Shown here: positions 33,597-44,049 of the stretch, one piece after another | Position numbering within the stretch: the stretch's first letter is position 1 | How the letters are laid out: each line of letters opens with the position of its first letter | From: Chrysemys picta bellii | Lineage: Eukaryota | DNA length: 64,000 nucleotides | Assembly: GCF_011386835.1 (NCBI RefSeq) | Contig: NC_088800.1 | Span: forward strand, 81,406,001-81,470,000 | Direction: 5' to 3' | Translations under genes and position numbers: made by a program | Notes under the pieces: generated by a model | Databases searched by the model: none | What the model was told of the DNA's origin: nothing | The model's input: the letters and a program-made list of their open reading frames with translations, nothing else

Positions 33597-36500
33597 TCAG
33601 TCCTGCAGCAGCTTGTGTTTTACAGTCGAGCTCTCTGAACAAAGGTGAGCAAAGAGGGTCCCGGCGGCCGTGCGGGCACGCAGCTCGTACAGGTCATAGT
33701 CGTGGGCCCACTCCACGTTGCCCCACCGCTGGATCTGAGAGAAGAGAGAACAAGCAGCTCACTCAAAAGTTCGTTAGAAAGGGGTTTGGACTTCAGCACT
33801 TCTTGGCCTCCATTTTCCTGTCTGTAAAACAGAGATAATACCTCCCAGGAGTGGCACTAAAGCCTCACTAACCAGTGCCTGCCCAGCGCTCGGAGACCTC
33901 AAGTGAAAGGGGCTATAGAAGGCAACGTATTAGGGCCTGATCCAAAGCTCATTCAAATCAGACTTCCATTAACTTCACTGGACTTTGGGTCAAGGATGGT
34001 TTTGTGCAAGGACAGAGCTTTTTCTGTTCACAATAATCACATTAGCGTTAACTTAGTCCTTGGCAAAGTGCTTAGGCCTGGCCAATACACAGAATAAAGA
34101 CCATCCTTGGGCTTTGCACTGTGGGTTGGAGGAGGGCCGAAAAGCAGCAGTCCAATTTCTGCGAAAGAAATCCAAAGCCCTCAGCAGGTTGGACTCAGAG
34201 CGCCTTTGGCTGTTCATCACGTGACTTGGCTGAACACTCAAACCATATTGACCAGAGGCAGCCTGGTGGAGTGAACGTCTCCTGTAATAGCAGGTTTCAG
34301 GGTAGCAGCCGTGTTAGTCTGTCTCCTCAAAAAGAACAGGAGTACTTGTGGCACAAGTGGGTTGTAGCCCACGAAAGCTTATGCTCTAATAAATTTGTTA
34401 GTCTCTAAGGTGCCACAAGTACTCCTGTTCTTCCTGTAATAGCAGGCAGTTCTGTGGCCAGTCGTTTGTGCTGGGAGATCACTTGTCATGCTAAGATTAT
34501 CGCTATTTGAATGATAGGGTTGCTCTGGAACATAATTTACCTGGTATTCTTCCTCCAGGCGAGACAGCAGCACGGCTTTTTCTACCGGAATGTGTCTGTC
34601 AATCACTCCCATGGACAGAATCAGAGATTTCAACTGGGCAATCACATATTCTATACCTGGGAGGGGGGAAAATATCAAACATGAACCACAGTTAGTTATA
34701 CAAAATCACATCGGCATCTTCACACCTTCTGAAGGTGCAGCCCAGGCATAACATGTTCAGCAGGATCAGACGGGTAGATGATCCCCCACACCTTGGATCA
34801 ATGCACTCTACAGAGTCAAGTCCACAGTTAATAAACACATGAAATTTCTGTTGCTAATCAGGATCCATTGTTACTTTGATGCAAATGGCTGCATCTCTGA
34901 CTGCAAACCGCTTTCTCTCATTCTGAAACACACCCTTATAACGTAATAACGCCACACCACTGGATACAAATGTGGAAGGATTCCCTTCTGCAGGATGGCA
35001 GAGCTCACCTCTTACCGCTAAAGAGCTGGGGATGAGATCAGAGAACACACACAACCGTCTAGGAGAGGGAGAGAGAGAAAAAGGGGCCTGATCTGCAGAG
35101 ATGATGAGCATTTGTGACAGCTGGAGGTGCTGAGCACCACTGACAATCAGGCCCATGTACAGGGCAAAGCGGGGAGACAAAGCAGCATGAATCATGCTCA
35201 ATCGAAGCTAAGTGATCAGCTAGAGTCAAGGCCAGATTTGGGATCAATAGTCAACTGACTGCCCAGGAATATAACAGCTGGGGCCTGGGGCCTTGCTTTC
35301 CCCAGCTGAAGACAGACGTGCCAAAATACCAACTAAAAGAAGCACCCCTGACCTTACCCCAAACAGAAGCTGTAAACAAAAGGTGATCAGAAATGTTTGC
35401 AGGAAGGATTGGAGGCCCTGAAATCAGAACAGGGAGCACACTTTTCTACTAGGAATTCGGTGTCTCTCATTGTCTTCTGACGAGGTAGCCAGGGATTCCG
35501 GTGGGTTTCTAGTCTACTTTGTTTAAAACATCTTTATTTTGAAAGGAGAATGACACAAGGAATAAAGAGGGGATGTGTCGGGGTAAAAATCCATTTTAAA
35601 ATATTTACCATTGACCTGAAAGAATTTTTAAAGTCTTGGGCACTTTTCACCATTTTTGCTGTTTATTCGCATCTTGCGCTTCAAGGAGGATGAGCAATGA
35701 GAACTGATTAGTTAGTTTCACCTTCGTTTCCAGTCACATTCACTTTCTGGATCTCGTTCAGTTGCACAAGAGTAGAACAGCTGGGCTGCCAATAACCACA
35801 GCTCTTACATTTTAAATCTAAACTCAAGGGGTTTTCATTTACTGGGGGTGGGAAGTCACGAAACCATAAAATCGTTTCTGTGCACTTGGGGTTTCAAACC
35901 TCTTTTCTTGGTAACAGAGCCTACATTTTGGACCGAAATCACCTGAAAATGTCATGTTGAGGAAAAAAATAGATGTCAGTAGTTCTGAGAGAATCAGGGC
36001 CTAATACAACAAGACCCTGTACAGTGAAGAGAGACCCCCTGCCATACAGAGCTAGAGCTAAAAGTCTAGCTTGGATTTATTTCTTTTAAACTACAATCCC
36101 CCTTTGTTTTCCCCCACTGATTTCAAGTCTCCCTTCCTTCCCCAAAACGTTTTTGTTGTGCTGGTTACTGCTCTGAGAGGAAAAGGCATATATGCGAACG
36201 GTGCTTCGTGTACCCTGGAGGGACGGACACACCAGATAAGTCGTCCTCAGTACCTTGCAGTGCCCACGTGTTGTAAGATGCCAAATGGCTGGTGAAAGTG
36301 TCTTTGGTCCTGGCTGGGATGTTGGGTCCCAGGATGCTAGTAGAGGAGCCGATCTCCACGTTGTACCTGGAATGAGTTAGATGGTACCAGACAAACGATT
36401 GGTCATGGAGGCACGTGAGCCTCAGTATCATTATGAAGCAAGCCTCTGGCTAAATTTAGCCCTGGCGTAAGCAGATACGGCCCTTACGGATGTCAGCTGG

Positions 36501-39500
36501 GGTTATACCTGCTTTTTCCCCTCGGGGTCTATGTGGGGACATTTCCTACCCACACTGCACCGCTCTAATTCATTCACAGAGCCAGTCAGTGCAATGTTGC
36601 ATGTGCAGCAACATCTGGTCTTGCTTATGGAATTTACAAGCCTAATTCCCTTTCTCCTCAATGGGCTGAGAAACACCGTGAAGGGGTCACCAAGACATCA
36701 CGCTGGAGACTGGCCAACAGCAGCTCCTCGCTGCTGGAGACTTGACACCCCTTAGGTACAGTCTCTGCCCTCCAAAGCCTCCTCAGTACCCCACAGTGCC
36801 TCTTTCCATGGCCCAACGGGCTGGCCCCAGGCTACCTCGTGAACTAAACTGTCACCAGCATGATTGGTTTTCGGATAGTGCAGTGATGAGCACCCTTGGA
36901 ATACCACAGAGAGGGCAGCTAGCAACAAGAAGGGAAAAGTCTTTGACTTCTTACCTTTTCTCAGCCCACTCGATCATGGGATCCCATTCATTCTTCTGCA
37001 GTTCTACTAGGCCGGCTGGCTCCTCCACCTTGTAGCTAGACCATTGCAACAAGAAAACAGCCTTCACTGACAAATCACTGGCCTTCTTCACGCAGTACGT
37101 GGAGCAAACCCACCGGGCAGCTAAGCCTGTTTCGGGGGCGGCAAGGGGAGCCCAGTATTTGAAGAGCAGGTACCGACCATAACCTGCAAGTGAGCAGATG
37201 CTGCCGGCTAAGGAAAGGAAGAGCTTCCATTGATGACCCTCCCCCAGATCCAGAGCCCTCTGCTGGACAGACAACCAGCCAGCTCTTGATCCCTGTATGG
37301 AGGGATGCTGCTCCAACAGCCCTGCCCAAATTTAGGGCCTGATGCTGTGATATCAATTCCAGGTCTGTGCCTGTGCCCTCCTGACATAACTGTGGGGGCT
37401 GTTCACAGCCCACTGGAGTGCCAGCCTACAGCTCTGCTTCACACCACGAGAGACCTCTGCAGCCACAGGCCGCAAAGCACTTTGACTAAAGATGAGTCAG
37501 TTTTACAGATGGGGAAACCGAGGCACAGGGAAGGCCACTGACTTGTCTGCTACCAAATGGGCCAGCAGTCAACCTCAGTGCACACTGGATCAGGCCCTAA
37601 ATCAGCAGCGGGATTAAGTGCTGTCCAGTGGTCAGAGTAGGGGCACTGACCCCTGAAGCACAAACTTGTTAGCGATCTGTTTTAAAAAAACACTTCCACA
37701 AAATCTGGCAAGGGGGGAGGGTCTCAGAGCCCACGGTCCAGCCCGAATGTCTACACGACAGCAAGAGCCCAAGTCAATTGACCTGGGCTCAGAGACTCGG
37801 CGCCACAAGTTTTTCTTTGCAGTTTTCAAAGACAGTTCCGATCCCTTGGTCGGAGCTCCTGGAGTTCAACAGGGCAGGCCGATGGGTTCAGTGAAAAAAT
37901 AAAATACAATAGAAAGGAATTCTAGAGCAAACCAGGTGTTAAGGCCGAGCACGGAAACTGCCATGCTCCTTATAGCTAAATCCAAGACTCTTGCACTGCC
38001 AAATTCTTACAGACAGCAACATCTTGTGGGGAGCAATTCAGGCCTAGGGCAAAGTCTCAATGGAGCTGAACCCCATCACGCCAGGGCTGAACTGGCCCCC
38101 CCTTGCAGGTGGTGAAATCTCCCTGGGGTTTGTGAGCTTGGGGGAGAAGGGGTGGCAGTATGTTGACACTATGAGTGAGTTCTGCTCCTCTACCCCTAAG
38201 GAGTGGCTCTGTGCTGGTCCCCTTTCAGAAGGGGCCTGTCCTCTGATCCACACTGGCTACTAGGCTCAAGGGGATGTACTACACACTGGGGTCATTGCCA
38301 GGGCTGTACCACTACAGAAAGAGAAGGGCAGATGCATTGTTCAAGCCAGGGCGTCTGTCCCAAAGGCTGTACTTGTGCCAACCAGTCACCCAGCTTAATG
38401 TGTTTCCAAACCTCTAGTCACCCTTCCGGTCTGCCCAGCTGGAAAATGTAATAACCCATAATAATGCAATGAGACTGGCCTGGCTTCTAAGCCAGAGGTT
38501 TCCCTAGTGAATTGCAAGTCCATTCAGTTTCCTACCAGACAGTATCTGTCTCCAGGAACTTCACAGCTGCTCTGATTAGCTGATCTTTGTTTCGCTGAGA
38601 TGGGTTGTCCAAAACTGTGTTGCACAATGTGGTCTGCAAAACAAAAGGCAATTACACCAGGCAGAGTCCTGGGGAGGCGGCAGCTCTGATTTTACAAGGT
38701 CCCAGACAACAGCTGAAGAATCCTTATTGTGCTAGCGACAGATTAAGGGATAGTGATGCAAAACCTAGCCCGGGAGGTGAATGAGTCCAAGCCCACTGGA
38801 GGCGATGGGAATCTTCCCAGCTTTGGATCAGGCCCACAAACACAGTGCTCCTGTGAGCAGTGACAGGACGGGAGCATGCTGGAGGCCTTGAGGTAAAAGA
38901 ATCTGGATGAGAAGCATTTCCAGCTGCGAGTCAGGTCCCATCCACATGGGAGTTTGGCCCATGTTAGGGGGCAGTTTTTCATCCTGGGGCTAGACCCAAT
39001 AGCTACTAACGGGTGAGGCATGCTTTGCCCCAGCACTGTGGGTCAGGCAAAAGCCAAGAAAGTATAAAAAAAATTACTAGACTCAGCTCCTTTATACATC
39101 AATCTAGTTTATGTATTTAGCTCAGAGATGGGGCCCGCACAGACTACAACTCCCAGCAGGCTATGCTCCACCTTTATCCAAGATGAGGCTGTCCATAGCA
39201 ATGGCCCCAGCAAAACCACTTGTTAGATTCCTTCCCACCTTGGGGCTCCCCTTCCACCAAAGCCCACGGCGCTCACCAGATGCATGGTGTAGGACTTGAT
39301 GGTGTCCTGCTGGGAATCCCATTCCGTAGCAACAGCAATAGCCAGGGCCTCGCTGGGGACAGTGAAGAGTTTGGCCTGGGGCGTTTTCAGCTTCCTGTGG
39401 TCCAGGTTTATTTCAAAGCCACCTGGGGGATCAGGTTAGAAACCCAGCGGGATTCCAGGGTAAAGCACACGAGGGATCCACGTGCAACCCCCAGGCAGGG

Positions 39501-42500
39501 GGCAGATTCAGAGATTAAGCTGAAGGGGGCAAACTCATCCCCGGGCAAGGCCAGTGATACACCTGGGCCAGGAGTCTCCCCACTGAAGGGCTTGGGGGCC
39601 CCGCTCTACCAGAAAAGAATTTCCATTCTTGGAAGCCATTTCCCTTCCCATGGTTTTGCCAGCCAATGGGGAAAGGGCAAACCAGGTTTGTGACAAAGCT
39701 GGCTCTCAAGATCTGGTTTCCAGGCCTGGCCAGCATCCGCCGGTAGGCAGGGCCTGCGTTCCATAACCACCCTTCCCTGTGCCCGGTTTTCACACAAAGG
39801 GCCATGTGTGGACACCCCGCCAGACTCCTGGCGGAAGCACTCACCTTCGCCTTGGGAGATGCTAACGTTCTGGTAAAACCTCTTCCTTTCTGGGGGGGAA
39901 ATGACATCCACTCAGAAAGCAGCGAGAATGACAGTCAAGCCCCTCTCCTCATCCCCGCCCACTGCGGATCTGACATGCCGGCTCTCCTCGGCAGTGCTGA
40001 GCATGGCACAGCTGGCCTCCCTCCCTTGCTGGTTCAGAGTCCCTCTACACAAGCCCATGTGCCCGAGTCCCTCTGGACCTGCCTCAGAGCTTTGGTGCGA
40101 GGCCTGTCCTGGGAGAGGCCTCACCATGAACCAGGGGCCCCTCTTTAAGCAGAGCAGCTGCTTCCCTCTAGCACGCCAGGCCCAGCTGTAGTCTCATGCC
40201 TGTTGTGTGGCACCCATACGCAAAGCAATGGGCATGACATCGACGGGTGTGTTATGGCTTATTTGGCTTAGTAACGCGTCCGGCTCAGCCCTGCTGTGAG
40301 CCCCTTGAAGCCAAAGAGTCACCCCAGGGATGCATCTGGGGCATCCATTCTAGTTTTAACCCCTCCCCCCACCCACTTTCTAAGCCCCAACTGTGCCCAG
40401 GTAGAAGGAAGACACCCAACTTATAGCACCATTCTTCGACTCCCTCCCTCCTAAAAGCAATCCGTGTCCTGTGTATTTCAACAGAGGAATACGGTGTTGG
40501 CCTATTACGCACTCCAGATCTTTTTCTACATACAGCTCTCAAATGCGGTTTACTCTGGAGGCACTAGGACCAGGTGCTGCTTCTCCTCCCTCACACCAGG
40601 TGGCCTTGGGGGGACACCTGTAGGGAGGAGGAGCCAGAGACTCCAGCTGATCAGGGCAGGAAAAGCCGAAGCAGGACACTCAGAGAATTCGCAGCAATTT
40701 TGACTGGACTGTCTGTGCCAGTGCTGATCAGCTGTTTGCTCCAACCTGCTCTCCCAGTCTCTTCACCTGTTTCTCTCCACACTGGCCCCTCTTCTCCCCT
40801 GCCCTGCCCTTTTCTCTCCAGTTAGCTGATCCATTCCTAACTAAACCCACCACAAAAAAACAAAACAATAACAAACAAAACGTGGCACTAACATGTCATT
40901 TGCTGTCACCCCAGTGTCCACTCTGCTTGACTCTTCTACCTGCCCCACTCACATCTGTCTGGTCTAATTAGGCTGTCAACTCTTTGGGGCAGGGACCATC
41001 TGCTACTCTGTGTATGTCCAGCACCTTGCACAGTGGGGGCCCACCCTTGATTGGCCCATAGGTACTATTGTAATAAACATGACAGATGATAATATTAAAG
41101 AGATGTGAGACCCCAGGGCACAGAGCAGGCCTGGAATACATGCTGGTGCAATCCCTACCACCGAAGCCCCTCTTTGCGACTGAATATTAAACTAGCTCTG
41201 GGTCAGTCGACCAGCTCTCTGGACACTGTCTTGGAAACAAAAGTTATGTGACCTGTCAGGACCTTTGCTCAGCTGGTCAAAGCTGTTCCACCTGCTGGAG
41301 TGATGCAGCAACTCCAATCAGCAGGAGCAACAACTCCCATGTAGCTTAGGTGGGTCACCAATATCCAGCCAGCTTTTAAAACGGCTCCCTCGGGTGTGAT
41401 TTCAGACGGAAGCCAATGATGTGCCTGAGTCTAGAATAGCCCCTAAATTACAGCAACAAGCTAGCCTGTCATCCTGCCCTGAATGCCCTCTGGCTGGATC
41501 CAGGAGCATTGCCCACAACGCACGAAGCCATGTCCTGAGTGTGTTCACGTAGATGCCAGGTATACTGCAGCATGCAATTTAATATACTGGGGGAGCACTG
41601 ATCTCTTTGTTCTTCTCCAGGCCTTTAAACGGAGGATCTCCCTCCCAGCTGCACCTGTTATGTCCAGGAGCCCACCTGGTGCAATAGCAAATCTACCACT
41701 AGGGGTTGCAGGCCCCAGTTTTAGAAACAGTTTCCATTTGGCACCCGCACTGTTGCCAGGCACAACCATTAGACTTCTAAATGGCATGAACGGCACCTGC
41801 TAATTCCCTGACTGCGCCCACACGTAACACAGCTAGATCCCGGCGCTGACAGCCGTCACACCCACAGTATTCCCCGCTCCAAACAAAAACCACACGCGAC
41901 ATTAATGAATGAATTCAAGGGAATCCTAGGGCCTTTGTTACGCAGGCCAGACTAGATGATCACAGTGGTTCCATCTGGCTTTATAATGTAGTAATATATG
42001 AACATAGGAAGACAGGCTCTTTGAGGCCATGCAGAGCACAGCAGATAAACAAGTTCCAAACTGGGAGCTACGGGTCTGTAGTGTGAATCCAGATCCGAGT
42101 CTGTGTTAACACAGGACTGGACCACTTACAGAGACAGACAGACAGACACTTGGCTCCATTTCCCACACAAAGCAGGGAGAATGGGCTACCTCTCCAAACC
42201 CATGTCCTTACTGGGTCTGGACTATGGCTCCCTTCCTACATCTGACTGCACACGCAGGCCCCTGGGTTTCCAGAGTCCCAGTGAAGGCAAAGGGCGTCTG
42301 CCCAGACCAAGCCAGTTGCAGGATCAAGGGACTTAAAGAATGCCATGTTGTTAGGACTATTCAAACATGCGCCCAAGGCCTTCATCCTGCAACAAGACAC
42401 ACCCCCTAGTCCTGTTTTAATGGGGCTCCAGGACATGCATTTCATTGCCAGTTCAGGGTCTTGGCTTGTGAGAAACAAAGGGTCAAATTTCACCATCCTC

Positions 42501-43312
42501 GTAGAAACCACTGAAATCACAGGGGAAAGATGTTTAAAGCGCCACTTCTACAACTAAGGAAAGATGGACTAGTGGTGCAGGTGTTAGCCTGTGACTTAGG
42601 AGACCTGGATTTGATTCGCTGCCCTGCCACAGACTTTGTGTGTGACCTCGTTTTCTCTTTCCCTCCGTTCCCCGTCTACAAAGTGAGGAATCACAGCACT
42701 GCCTAACCTTACAGGGGGATTGTGAGAAGGAATAAATTAAACAATGTGAGGTACTCGGCTACCGTGGTGACTGAGGTAATAGCAGTACCTAAAATAGAAC
42801 TGATAGCACGTGCTCACTGCTGCATCTGTGAGGCCGAACGCAGGCACAGCAGCAGGCATGAGGCATTAGACTTCAAGCTGGGGCAGGGATGTGGTTTTCT
42901 TTTGCCTCTGCAGTGCCCTGCACATATGTGAATAATAAATGTTCCTTGTCAGGCTTGAAATACCCGGGTCTCCGCAACTACTGCTACAAAGGTTCAGTTG
43001 GGGCCCACAAGCCAGAGTCCTCCTCTGTAAATAGGGGATCATGCCCCTCTCATAAACTGTGTTTGCAGCCAGCTTTTAGGACTGGCTAAATCCACCACGG
43101 ACGAACGTCCCTGCAATGTGGACGTGAGCATGTTGAAATTTGCCGCGTGTGCAGCAGGATCGCTGTCCAGCTTTGTCCTCACCTGTCGGCGGGGTGTATG
43201 TCCGTGCCGTGCCCGGCAGTGAAAGCCTGGGGCCCCCAAAGGGAGGAGTCGGGCAGAGCCGTGGGGTCTGGGGCGGCCAGGCGTAGAACAGCCGCTGACA
43301 ACGGCGCCACAT
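33597..43312 (-). CDS. ATPAF2: ATP synthase mitochondrial F1 complex assembly factor 2 (ATP12 family), complete CDS, 288 aa
   Basis: complement(join(33597..33734,34541..34656,36254..36366,36955..37035,38536..38633,39277..39422,39845..39889,43183..43312)) = 867 nt, all GT-AG. It starts MWRRCQRLF (Arg-rich targeting peptide), continues ERKRFYQNVSISQGEGGFEINLDHRKLKTPQAKLF ... LSRLEEEYQIQRWGNVEWAHDYD, and ends KHKLLQD*. Confidence 0.96.
34290..34432. mobile_element. Penelope-like element terminal fragment with inverted duplication
   Basis: GTAGCAGCCGTGTTAGTCTG..AAGAACAGGAGTACTTGTGGCAC with a perfect 23-bp inverted repeat (34332-34354 / 34410-34432). The family assignment is recalled. Confidence 0.7.
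42558..42780 (+). mobile_element. MIR/CORE-SINE-like copy (others at about 2180-2390, 5800-5910, 30545-30600, 33780-33930, 37495-37550, 47900-48090)
   Basis: tRNA-like head (GGACTAGTGG..GGAGACCTGGATTTGATTC) plus the core motif TTCCCC.TCT..AAA.TG.GGA. Confidence 0.6.
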
Positions 43313-43399
43313 TCTCGGGAGGCAGCGACCAACAGCTCGATGGGGACAATCTGGCCCTGTTAAAGACCTGGGCTCCTAGTGACTCGGGGCCGCCCACCA

Positions 43400-43610
43400 G
43401 GATCAACGCCTCCCCCCGCCCCAAGAACCCCAGGCTGGGAGCAATGCCGCCACAAAAAGCTCCCAACCGGGATCAACGGCCCCCCTCAGAGGAACCCCCC
43501 GATCAACGCCCCCCCCCCCAAGAGCCTCCGCCAGGATTGATGGGCTCCCCAAGGCCCCCGCCGGGATCACCGGGCCCCAAAGACAGACCCCCACGGGATC
43601 CCCTGTACGA
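43400..43610. repeat. Degenerate tandem repeat upstream of the ATPAF2 coding exon
   Basis: About 5 copies of (G)GATCAACG(G)CCCCC-like motifs. Confidence 0.55.
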
Positions 43611-43699
43611 CCCTATAGAGTGTATAAGGGCTCTAGGCCCTTCTCCCGCTCCCTGTAGGGGCCGCACGGACGCGGCTTGCGGAACAGCTGCCTTCCCCT

Positions 43700-44049
43700 C
43701 ACACCCGCTGCTCAGCTAACCTCTCTGCCTCTGGGCGCCGCCATCTTGCTCACCGACGTCCAATCAGCATCATAATCGCTAGTTTGTCCCTCCGAGTGCA
43801 CCGTCACTGGGACCTACAGGAAACTACGAGTCCCAGGGGGCATTGCAGCCGCCCACGTGGCTTCAATAGACCAATGGGAATGGCACCCCGCCCCCCGCAG
43901 CGCCCTCTGGGCCAATCAGCATGTGCGGAGGCGCCGCCGGGAGGCCCTGAGCCAGGCGGCGGGGGTACCGGCGAGTTCCCGGGTCGGTAAGGCGGCCGGG
44001 CCGGCTCCCCGCAGCCCGTGTCGCGCTGGCGCCCGGGGACCCCCCCGAG
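43700..44049. promoter_or_regulatory. CpG-island bidirectional promoter ATPAF2/GID4
   Basis: CCAAT at 43760, 43871 and 43912; CACGTG at 43854; ZNF143-like ACTACGAGTCCCAGGGGGCATTG at 43823-43845; YY1-like AAGATGGCGGC on the minus strand near 43737-43747. Confidence 0.78.

Noticed and set aside
34290-34432. Intact, active hammerhead ribozyme
   Set aside because: The CUGANGA box is absent here and at 23230-23296. I found no complete core by eye, and a formal motif search was not possible.
43948-43950. Selenocysteine or readthrough recoding of the upstream in-frame TGA
   Set aside because: No SECIS was identified and the stop context (TGA GCC) is not a known leaky context.
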